28,105 bases of DNA, from contig NW_021827503.1 in assembly GCF_006345805.1 (NCBI RefSeq), positions 1-28,105 of the forward strand, read 5' to 3'. Positions 1 through 10,355 of the stretch are shown here, in pieces. Numbering within the stretch: position 1 is the first letter of the stretch; the number at the start of each line of letters is the position of its first letter. The stretch is from Octopus sinensis (lineage: Eukaryota). The position numbers and the translations under genes are program-made. Below the pieces are notes generated by a model. That model saw only the letters and a list, made by a program, of their open reading frames with translations. It was not told the origin of the DNA and searched no databases.

Positions 1-256
1 TCTCTCTCGATCGGACGCTAGTCAAATGGGCTCCACGTAAGTTGGCCATTTTTACATGTTTAAAACTCTTTATTGTGAAATATTTTGTTTTTAAAAGTTG
101 TGCAAGATCATTCACTGAAAAACCTGAGAAATATTTACGTAGAATTTCGCCCGTGTGGGCGAAATTTCCAAAAGTTTCAAAACTTTCGTGGTTTCATTTT
201 AGCCATTTTTCATTTTGAAAATAGCGACTGGAAACCACGTGGCCAGTGCACAAGTC

Positions 257-2178
257 ATGTGGAACGCTAGCGAGGCACCACTGCTGTCATTAGCTGATAA
301 ACCTCACAGCTTGAACACCGCTGTCACCACCAATACCACCACCATCCCCACCACCAACAGCAAAGCTAATGCCGCAAGACCATTACCGCCACCAAAGACA
401 TTAACTTAAATTTCCCCCACTCTTTACACCACATGTCAATGAAAGAAAGATGGGGGAAGGGATTTTAAAACAAATGAATACAGACGCAAGCATGAATGCC
501 AGTACCACCACTATTAACAACGAAATTAGCACAAAGCCACCCACCGAAGACAGCACCGCCAACACCAATACTACTACTACTACTACGACTTCAATGCTAC
601 AACTAATACCTCTGCTACCAACACCACCACCACCACCACCACCACCACCACCACCACCACCACCACCACCAAAGACAAAACAAACTTCGCAGAAGCGATA
701 AAACAAAAGAACAATCATAAAATTCACTGCACAATAAATAAACAACAGAAAGGCACTTCTAACCAAAGAAGGAGATAATTTACCTCTCCACATTCTACAA
801 CACATCATGGAAAACACGCACACACACAAAAAAAGAAAAACAATCATATACAAAGCTATCAACAAGAAGACAAGACGACTGAAAGTGCACCGCAGCAAAA
901 AATTAAAAAATGTCTTCGCCCTGTTTGGGCTCACAAGGAATACGTCAATTGGTATCATAAATTTGGCACAGTCCAAGTACGTTTCCACAATGAAAATCTA
1001 GCAAAACGATTTTCCACATTAGATCTGCATACAGATGACTTAGTGATGATATTAACTTATTTAGGCCAAAGGGTGACGAAAGTTACAATAAAAAGTGTGA
1101 CACCTGAAGTAGAAACACAATGGTTAGTCTCTGTCATCTGCTTTGAAACGGCAGAGACAAACATTCTCGAAATCGCTCTTCTTGAACAGCAAAACTGGGT
1201 GGGAAAATCAATTCAATTACTCCTTCAAATGGAAGAAACAACAACAGAAAAAGATACCCACCACTATAGAACTGCTAGAAGGCTACAAACTCTATGTAGT
1301 GGTGGAGGGCAGGCGACCACGTTGCTATCTGTGCGGCAGCGAAACACATTTGAAAAAGAAGTGTCCAACCGCCGCACAACAAAAGCAACAACAACCACCA
1401 CCACAACCAAAACACACCGAGAAAAAAGTACTACTACTCACACCACCATCAACACAGAAGCACACCAAGCAAATCCATCAACAATCGAAAATAATACAAC
1501 ACCTAATAAAATACCAACACCACCAACAACAGCAAGAACTAAAGGAACAGAAAAACAAAAAATAATACAAAAACTGATTCCCCATCCCCTATACCGCACA
1601 CACCATATACACACAGCCAACAACCAACACCAACGAAAATAACAACACAACCACTTACACAAACATACATAGGAGCTTACAACATGCCCCTACTCACTTC
1701 TGATTCCTCAGAAATTTCGTCGGAAGACGAAAGCAGTGAGGAATGGCAAATAGCCAGAAAAGGAAGGAGGAAAAGGAGAAAAAAGAACCAAACCAAATGC
1801 AAACGTGAACAAAGCAGAGGGATATGATCCCCCGAAGACATTTCGAAAGCTACCACAAACAACAGCAACACCACCACCACAAAAATATATACAGCAAACA
1901 TGCGCACAGCTATAGACACTAAAAACACAAATTTGATGGAACACAGCAAATCAAAAACAAACTTAACAAAAGATGACATAAAAACAAACAACCACCCATA
2001 CACAACACCACCGGAGCACATCAAAATACTACACATCTCCCGAAGTCTACAGCACACGCTAAAAGGCATTTTCCCCAGTGCGGTTGGTAAATGCCAAAAG
2101 TACCTCACGAAGAAACTGTATTGGGATCTCCTCGACGACAAACCAAATGAGGAGAAAGCAAAAACTTTCGAGCAGTAA
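257..2178 (+). pseudogene. Tx1-like ORF1 (gag-like nucleic-acid-binding protein), frameshifted
   Basis: Reads across frames as NFAEAIKQK...KFGTVQVRF...TYLGQRVTKVTIKSV...QQNWVGKSI...VVEGRRPR-CYLCGSETHLKKKC (CX2CX4HX4C at 1323-1364). Thr/Pro-rich N-terminus and acidic/basic C-terminus. Clearly homologous to the ORF1 at 5980-6806. The start codon is uncertain. Confidence 0.85.
621..669 (+). repeat. (CCA)n microsatellite encoding poly-Pro within ORF1
   Basis: Direct reading. Confidence 0.95.
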
Positions 2179-2222
2179 GTAACCCTCTGTTCCTTTCGTT
2201 TGTGTTTTAATTCACTAGGATT

Positions 2223-2490
2223 ATGATCAAGATTGGTCGAGTGAATGCGCGTGGCTTGGTGTCCCCTTGAAAACAAGGGTACCTCTTAAATGACATAAAG
2301 TCACACAAGTTAGAAATCATAGCCATAAGACCAGACTCCATAATCCACAGGCCCTAAAGTCCATGTTTGGCGGACAATTTAACATATATTTTTCTCCCTG
2401 TCTGTGGCACCGCGGTACTTTTTCGCAAGAGTCTGGATCTCGAAGTAAAAAATATTCGTATACCCGGAGGGTAAACTGGTCGTCCTAGAT
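2223..2490 (+). pseudogene. N-terminal fragment of Tx1-like ORF2 AP endonuclease
   Basis: MIKIGRVNARGL...KQGYLLNDIKSHKLEIIAI...TAVLFRKSLDLEVK...PEGKLVVLD aligns by eye with the APE start of the LINE at 12080-12360 (IKLGCINVRG...KQACLLDDL...PEGRLVVLDV). Confidence 0.85.
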
Positions 2491-4942
2491 GCACGGACTG
2501 AAGAAACCACCTGAACCAAGAGTACCATTTGATTTGAGCGACATCAAACGGAAAGAAATGGATGAATTCATAAGGAAAGCAAGAGCAAAAAGTGCACCAG
2601 GGAACGATGGAGTGAGCTACAAGGTATACAAATATTGCCCAAAATTACGTTTGCAGCTGTTTGCACTGATAAGAGAAATGTGGAAGAAGAAAGATGTAGC
2701 GGAGCGATGGTGTATAGCCGAAGGTATCTATCTACCTAAAGAAAAAGAGGCAAAAGCACTAGGCCAATTTAGACCGATTTCACTACTAAATACAGACGGG
2801 AAAATCATGTTTGGAATAATTGCTAGACGAATTATAAGATTCGTACAGCATAACGGATACGTTAATGAAGCGATTCAAAAAGCAGGAATCCCTGGGTGCA
2901 TAGAACACGCATTTTCCATCTGGGAAGCCATCACCTGTGCAAAACAAAAGAAGACAAACCTGTATATTGTTTGGCTAGATCTTGCCAATGCCTATGGATC
3001 TGTTCCGCACGCAATAATAAAAACAGCGATGGACGTCTTTTGGATTCCAAAAGATGTTCAACGAATGCTCATGTCGTACTACGACAACCTGAGGATGAAA
3101 TTTACAGCAGGTAAGTTCACAACGGAGTGGCAACGGCTTTAAATAGGTATTGCAGCCGGATGCACGATATCAGTCATCTTATTCGTGCTAGTCATGGAAA
3201 TGCTACTCAGATCTACAAACTGTGAGAAAGCTGTTACAAAGACACCATTAAGGGCTTTTATGGACGATGTAACTATATTATCGGAAAGTAGAGAAGCAGC
3301 AGAGGGAACGTTAGAGCGGTTGGACGAACTGATAGGATGGGCAAGGATGAAATTCAAAGCCAAAAAATCTCGAAGCGTGGCTTTCGTGAAAGGAAGGCAA
3401 GAAGAAGTGAAATTTAGGATAGGAAGTGAAGACATACCAACGGTGAAAGAACAACCAGTAAAGAGTCTCGGCAGATGGTATAGAGATTTATTAAATGATA
3501 AGAAGCAAGGGAAAGAAACGCACGAGTTAGTAGAACAAGGATTAAAGGCAATTGACAGAACAACGCTGCTGGGAAAATTCAAATGTTAGATACTGCAATT
3601 TGGGCTATACCCAAGAATTATGTGGTCATTGCAAATGTACGAAATAGCCTCGAGTATAGTAGAAAAGATGGAGCAAAGATGCAGTGTGTTTATCAGAAAA
3701 TGGCTTGGTCTGCCGAAACCACTGAATACAACTGCACTATATGGAAAACCCGTGCTGCAACTACCAATAACATCAATCGCCGAAGAATATAAGGCAGGAA
3801 AGGCAAGGACAGTAATGATGCTAAGGTACTCAAAAGATCAGAGCATCCAGGAAAACCCTCCAAAGGTACGAACAGGGAGGAAATGGAAGGCGGAAGAGGC
3901 AGTAAACAGGGCGATCAGAAAATTAAGGCACGCAGATATAGTCGGAGCGACGCAAGAAGCTAGAACCGGCCTAGCATCGCAAAACTTCAGGCCATTTTGC
4001 AAGAGAAAAAGAGATGAAAGAGGCAGTGGTATACGAAGTGAGAAAGGAGGAAGAATAAAGGCGAAATGTACATTTGGTGCAATGCAGTCAACAGGGACAG
4101 TGCCTGAGATGGGAGGAATATGTGATCAACCGCAGAATATCAGGGAAGGAACTTTGGGCTTGGGAACAAGCAAGAACATCCTTCCTGATCAAGCCTACCT
4201 TCGACGTTCTACCCTCACCGGCGAACTTAGTCCGGTGGAACATAAAAACAACCGACGAAGGGAGATGCGGAGAGAAAGCGACGGTTAGACATGTTCTGTC
4301 AGGTTGCAGACTAGCAATTGAAAGATATACATGGCGGCATAATCAAGTCCTCGGCGTCATAAGCGCAGCACTCAAGAATAAGATTGAGAGGTACAATAGG
4401 GGAGAATACCCAAAAGTAGAAAGCGCAGGAGAGTATACTTCCACAAAGAGGGAAAAGGTTATAAAACCAGGCCTACAAGTAAAGTATACGAGATAGACGA
4501 AAGATTGAAGGGATACTGGGAGGTGGCCACGGACTTGGAAAGACAAGTAATATTTCCACTAATAAAAACAACAAAAAGATCGGATTTAGTTCTTTGGAAC
4601 AGAGACCGGAGAATGGGAATTTTACTAGAACTGACAGTACCTTGGGAAGAGAACATCGGCAATGCAGAGGAACAAAAGGAGAAGAGGTATGAAAAGCTAA
4701 TCGAAGAATGCAGAGAACAGGGATGGAATGTCGAATATTATCACCTGGCAGTGGGGGCTAGAGGCTTCATTGAAAAAAAAATGACAACGCTTTTCAAAAG
4801 AAGATTTGTTTTTTCTAGCCCCGAGCTGCGTAAACTAATAAGGAGAGTACAGGAGGCGGTCGAAAAAGCCAGCTTCTATATATGGCTGAAGCGGGAAGAC
4901 CGAAAATGGCTTGAAAGTCATAAACATGCCGACGGGAAATAA
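2489..4942 (+). pseudogene. HERO-like RT-RLE polyprotein, interrupted by stops and frameshifts
   Basis: Consecutive ORFs 2489-3142, 3185-3589, 3620-4288, 4074-4496 and 4505-4942 join into one RT-CCHC-RLE reading. Confidence 0.85.
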
Positions 4943-5248
4943 CATCATTAGGTGAGACCAGCTGACTGACAGGTGACGGTCGTTTAGAAAAAGTGCGGGC
5001 TAAAACTACGCGCCTTCACTAGTTAGTTAAGGTGAGACAGTGTCACGTGACAACTTGCTGGGACTACCTGTCAGGTGACGGTCGTTTAGAAAAAGCGAAG
5101 AGGCCAGGGAACAGAAGAAAGAAGACATGCACCCAACACCAGAGCTGAAGACACCTCCGAAAGAAGGGTGGGGGCGCCACGTCAAAACGGTAGAGAAGTA
5201 GGGGCCGAAACCGGACGTGGTTCCTCCTGATGATGTCTTGAGCTAACT
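2491..5248 (+). mobile_element. 5'-truncated R2-group (HERO-like) non-LTR retrotransposon: RT, CCHC finger and restriction-like endonuclease
   Basis: KARAKSAPGNDGVSYKVYKYCP, QFRPISLLN, WLDLANAYGSVPH, GIAAGCTISVILF, FMDD (3257-3268), CGEKATVRHVLSGC...RYTWRHNQVL and RLE motif RSDLVLW...LELTVPWE...K..RY. The 3' boundary is approximate. Confidence 0.85.
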
Positions 5249-5570
5249 GGATCCTATAAAGGAGCTGTTGTGGTAGCAGACCACGAAACACGGTTGTAAT
5301 TCCTCTTTTAGTATGACACTATTGCCCAAGGTCCCCGGGGTCTTTTCCATAGGCTTTTCTATCCACGGACAAACATAATCTGTTTTCCCCTTTTACATTG
5401 ACATTTCTGTGATACACGATCTCTATTGATTGGCCTCACTTTTTTTTCATGATCCCTTTTGATCGGAATTCACCCTCCCCTTTTTTCCCCTTCACTTCTT
5501 CCCAAAAAGAAAAGCCCTACTTTGTATTTTGTCCCTTCTGTGTACAGCCCCGTGTGGCCAATCTATCTAT

Positions 5571-5571
<1 letters not shown>

Positions 5572-5634
<63 letters not shown>
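5572..5634 (+). repeat. (CTAT)n microsatellite at the 3' end of element A
   Basis: Direct reading. Confidence 0.95.
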
Positions 5635-5764
5635 TGACTGACATGATGTCGCATCGGCTCCGCAGGTAATCCCTTTTTTTGACCTTTTATTGCACGCATT
5701 TTGTTCCAATTTTTGCACACAAGGTGTGTAAAGCACCTAGCCTTCATTTGAGTGTACTTTCAAG

Positions 5765-5913
5765 GGAAAATATTAGTTATCGCCATACTAATATGGCATT
5801 CTTATAAAAATAAGAAAAAAGCTGACCGCTTATTAGCTCCATGAGGCCATCGCCTTAAGTTAGCTATTTGATACACAATCTGTATCCATATATTCCAGTT
5901 AAATTTACAATTT
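5765..5913 (-). repeat. Inverted 149-bp copy of 9727-9875 (start of the hammerhead-bearing repeat array, without the ribozyme)
   Basis: The reverse complement matches AAATTGTAAATTTAACTGGAATATATGGATACAG...CTAATATTTTCC with no mismatch seen by eye. Confidence 0.95.
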
Positions 5914-6806
5914 GGGTCAGTTTCAAACTTATTTCCATTTCCATTTTCTTCGATTTCCTTGCCATATTTCTAAACAAATATGGCTCAGCGGAATGATGAG
6001 GCCGACTTCCTGCCTCTACCAATACTAGAGGTGAAGGAAGCTGAAAGTAAAGCCGTTGCATGTGAACACACACAGGCCTTAGAAATCAGGAATGCTTCTG
6101 CTACTACAATCACTGGCTCTACCACTGCTACCACCACTACCAACATGGATACCGGAAACAATTTTGCCGCAGCTTTAAAGCTAAAGAAAACAATCATGTG
6201 CTTTTCCAAAGATGAACTGTTTGCCTGTAAAGCAATGTTAAAAATGATGACCTCAGCATACAACTACAAACACCACAAGACATCACGGAAAAAATCGAAA
6301 AAATTTGCCACGATCAAAGTTTGATTCGATAGTGAAGAAAGAGCCAAGGACCTCTCCACAAAGTCCTTCCAATTTGAAAATTTATTGATGATTCCCAACA
6401 TACCTTGGCCGTAGGGTCAAAAAAATTAAAATAAAGAATGTGCATCCTGAAATAGAAATAAAGTAGCTCATGTCCGCCATTTGCTATGATATCGAGGACA
6501 AAATCCATATTTTGGAAATCGCTGTCATGGACCAGCAAAACTGGATTGGCCAAGAAATCAAAGTTCTTGCTCAGATTAATTCAATGATTTACGAAAAAAT
6601 TCCACATCGAATCCAATTGAGAGAGGATTCAAGTTTACATGTGGCCATCAAAGGCAGAAAGCCTTGTTGCTACATTTGTGATAGCAACACACACTTACAA
6701 AATACGTGCCCAACAACAGCAACAACAAGATCATGAAAAACAACAACAACCACAAGAAAACCAAAAACTGGGCAAAAAACCAGCACTACTACCCTCACCG
6801 CCATAT
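5914..6806 (+). mobile_element. Tx1-like element B, 5' portion only (5' UTR and ORF1)
   Basis: Initiator-like TCAGTT at 5917-5922 and ATG at 5980. ORF1 reads NFAAALKLKK...KFATIKV.FDSEERAK...PTYLGRRVKKIKIKNVHPE...QQNWIGQEI...KGRKPC-CYICDSNTHLQNTC (6668-6709). Cut off by the RTE element. Confidence 0.85.
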
Positions 6807-8673
6807 GCACAACTAATTAGGGAGAGAGTCAGTTTAGATGAGATGCAGTTTGGGTTCATGCCAGGGAGAAGCACCACTGATGCTATATTTCTGGTAAGAC
6901 AGCTGCAGGAGAAATAGCCAAAGATAAGCCTCTGTACCTGGCTTTTGTTGACATGGAGAAAGCCTTTGATAGGGTCCCCCAATCCCTTATCTAGTGGTCA
7001 ATGAGAAAACTAGGGATAGATGAATGGTTAGTGAGAGCTGAGCAAGCCATGTACAAGGATGCTTTCAGTAAGGTGAGGGTTGGCAACGAGTACAGTGAAG
7101 AATTCCAGGTAGAGGTAGGGGTCCACCAAGGTTCAGTCCTCAGCCCCCTCCTATTTATCATAGTGCTCCAGGCAATAACAGGAATTCAAGATAGGATCCC
7201 CTGAGAGCTCCCATATGCTGATGACCTTGCTCTAATTGCTGAGTCACTATCAGAACTGGAGGAGAGGTTTCAGGTGTGGAAACAAGGATTAGAATCGAAG
7301 GGCCTTAGAGTCAACCTAGCTAAAACCAAAGTCCTAATAAGTAGGAAGGCAGGCAAACCACAAGTCCCTTCAGGTAGATGGCCCTGCTCAATCTATAGAA
7401 AAGGCATAGGTAGAAACTCTATAAAATGTACCCAGTGTAAGCTATGGACACATAAGAAGTGCAGCGATATCAAAGGAAGGTTAACTGGGAAGATAGTTTT
7501 TGTGTGTGGCAGATGCTCAGGAGCAATAAATAACACTGAAAATGTGCAGAGAACAACTTCCGCCACATTCCAGGGAGAAAAACTAGAAGCAGTTAATAGC
7601 TTCCGTTACCTAGGTGACCAAGTCAGTAGCAAGGGAGGGTGCGCTGAAAGTGTAGCTGCTAGAATAAGAATAGCCTGGGCAAAGTTCAGAGAGCTCTTAC
7701 CTCTGCTGGTGACAAAAGGCCTCTCGCTCAGAGTAAAAGGTAGACTGTATGATGCATGTGTACGAACAGCCATGCTACATTGCAGTGAAACATGGGCTGT
7801 GACTGCTGAGGACATGCATAAGCTCGCAAGGAATGAAGCCAGTATGCTCCGATGGATGTGTAATGTCAGTGTGCATACTCGACAGAGTGTAAGTACCTTG
7901 AGAGAAAAGTTGGACCTTAGAAGCATCAGATGTGGTGTGCAAGAGGGACGAATGTGCTGGTATGGCGAGAATGGATGGGGATAGCTGTGTGAAAAAGTGC
8001 CACACCCTAGCGGTTGAGGGAAACTGTGGAAGAAGTAGACCCTGGAAGGCCTGAGATGAAGTGGTGAAGCATGACCCTCGAACATTAGGCCTCACCAAGG
8101 CAATGACTAGTGATCGAGACTTTTGGAAATATGCTGTACTTGAGAAGACATGGCAAGCCAAGTGAGACCATAACATCGTGGCCTATGCCACGGGTGTAAC
8201 CAGCCCACTTATGTGTACCTTTCCTTCATTGGACACTAAACTCTGTTGAGGCAAGTGAAATCGAAATCAAATTTGATGACTGGCATCTGTGCTAGTAGAG
8301 TGCTAAGAGCACCATCCAAGCATGATCGTTGCCAGCATTGCCTTACTGGCACTTGTGCTGGTGGCATGTGAAAAAACATTCGAGTGAGGTCGTTGCCAGT
8401 GCCACTGGACTGGCTCCTGTGTAGGTGGCTCGTAAAAAACACCATTTGAGCGTGGCCGTTGCCAGTACCGCCTGACTGGACCTTGTGCCAGTGGCACATA
8501 AAAGCACCCACTACACTCTTGGTGAGGTTGGCGTTAGGAAGGGCATCCAGCTGTAGAAACTCTGCCAGATCAAAATTGGAGCCTGGTGCAGCCGTCTGGT
8601 TCGCCAGTCTCAGTCAAATTGTCCAACCCATGCTAGCATGGAAAGCAGACGTTAAACGATGATGATGATGATG
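6807..8673 (+). mobile_element. 5'-truncated RTE-clade LINE (RT C-terminal part, 3' UTR, (GAT)n tail)
   Basis: DEMQFGFMPGRSTTDAIF, AFVDMEKAFDRVP, GVHQGSVLSPLLF, YADD (7214-7225), FRYLG, stop at 8163-8165. The 3' UTR ends ...GGAAAGCAGACGTTAAACGATGATGATG. No TSD found. Confidence 0.9.
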
Positions 8674-9256
8674 ATATATATAAGTAATGTTTATCGCCAC
8701 TTCAACATGGCTGTTCTGTAGGAACCAACATTACTACTGCTTTTAACTTCTTCGTGGACACTTCTTCCAGTTGATTATTGATGAAATCTACACCTGATAT
8801 ATATTTCAAGCAGGGGAGTGTACCCCACCCCATCTCCTAGTGATGATAAGACCACCAGACTGTCTGGTTTTGAGCTATTTCTGCTCATCCTCAGTGGTAG
8901 ACACCCATCCACTAGAGATAGCAGTAGTTTGTTCCACCTCACAATATGTAGAAAAATCAGTGACCGGTTGTCACATATATATTGCAAGCTTCCCTGTTTG
9001 CAGTATGCATTGGGTGCAGATTGCATCAATAACCAGCTGGAGTAGGTGTTCTCCTGGGTTTAAAAATGGTAATAATGTCATTACAAGGTTGACAAGGTGG
9101 CAAAAGTAACAAGAATTTTGGGAGAAAAAGTATAAATAAAAAATGAGTAGAAATCGAACTGGTGGGTGTACAATATGACTCTCCCCAGACACTATAAAAT
9201 TTGCTTTAAGACATGAATTCACATAAAGAATCTTGCAAACTACATACCAAAACGAA

Positions 9257-9260
<4 letters not shown>

Positions 9261-9298
<38 letters not shown>
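9261..9298. repeat. (TA)n microsatellite
   Basis: Direct reading. Confidence 0.95.
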
Positions 9299-9304
<6 letters not shown>

Positions 9305-10022
9305 TAAGGGCATTACTATACATAAATGCCTCATACTAGGAGGGACTCTTAAAGTCAAAACTACCATAATAAACACATTTTACCGAACGTGTGGGAATGT
9401 AACTCTCGAAGCAAGCCTTTTAAAAACAGATTCAGTTGCAGATCATATGATTTCATAATTAGTTCATAAAATGCACTTTTTAATCGTCATGCATGCATAA
9501 TCAAGACACATAAAAAGGAACAAAAAACCAACATACCAGACGAACATCAAATGTATCCAGCATAGTACATAGAATTGTTCACACTTGAATGTCTATGTAA
9601 GAGGTGAGCTTTTCCAATTGCATCTCGGTACAGGTGTTTATTCAGAATAAAATTCAGCACTGAATATATTCCGGTTTTTCATACTAACTACTTGATAATT
9701 TCTTATAAAGATTTTATCCTATTTTTAAATTGTAAATTTAACTGGAATATATGGATACAGATTGTGTATCAAATAGCTAACTTAAGGCGATGGCCTCATG
9801 GAGCTAATAAGCGGTCAGCTTTTTTCTTATTTTTATAAGAATGCCATATTAGTATGGCGATAACTAATATTTTCCGGGAAGGCTGCCGTTGTTCTCTTTT
9901 ACAGAGACTTAGTAATTTTAATATTTCTATTATTGAAAACAAGTGGATGTATTCCACCGAAGCTAGGTAAATAAAACCTTTGAACAGAGATTGTCGGAAG
10001 CGACACCTACTGGTTTGGCTAC

Positions 10023-10064
10023 GCTGCATTGAAAAGGGGCAATACCCCGAAACGCGTCTGTAGC
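10023..10064 (+). ncRNA. Type I hammerhead ribozyme, U3-A8 core variant, predicted cleavage after GUC at 10058
   Basis: Helix I GCTGCA/TGTAGC (6 bp, one G-U), core TTGAAAA (10029-10035), helix II GGGG-CAATA-CCCC, GAAA, helix III ACGCGT palindrome (10052-10057), C17 at 10058. Confidence 0.8.
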
Positions 10065-10355
10065 TGCCGGCCAAGTAGTGTGGAGCGACTGACCTCCCTT
10101 GTTCAAAGGTTATATGGATACAGATTGTGTATCAAATAGCTACTTAAGGCGATGGCCTCATGGAGCTAATAAGCGGTCAGCTTTTTCTTTTTTTATAAGA
10201 ATGCCATATTAGTATGGCGATAACTAATATTTTCCGGGAACGCTGCCGTTGTTCTCTTTTAGAGAGACTTAGTAATTTTAATATTTCTATTATTGAAAAC
10301 AAGTGGATGTATTCCACCGAAGCTAGGTAAATAAAACCTTTGAACAGAGATTGTC

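Larger units (their letters stand above)
1..5571 (+). mobile_element. Tx1/L1-like non-LTR retrotransposon A (ORF1, APE N-terminus and 3' UTR; nearly all of ORF2 missing and replaced by a HERO element)
   Basis: ORF1 with CCHC knuckle, then an APE start (MIKIGRVNARGL...PEGKLVVLD) at 2223-2490. After the HERO element a pyrimidine-rich 3' UTR-like tract ends in AGCCCCGTGTGGCCAAT plus (CTAT)n. The 5' boundary is uncertain and may lie outside the window. Assigning the 3' UTR to this element rests on family recollection. Confidence 0.7.

Noticed and set aside
5144-5290. Hammerhead-like words CTGAAGA, CTGATGA and GAAAC in the HERO 3' UTR
   Set aside because: I could not build helices I, II and III in any permuted order. 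Only 4 nt separate the would-be cleavage site from CTGATGA, and helix II does not close.
9790-9830. Pol III small RNA or snRNA gene ending in a T-run within the repeat unit
   Set aside because: No A/B boxes or recognisable U snRNA, 5S, tRNA or spliced-leader sequence. The hammerhead explains the unit better.
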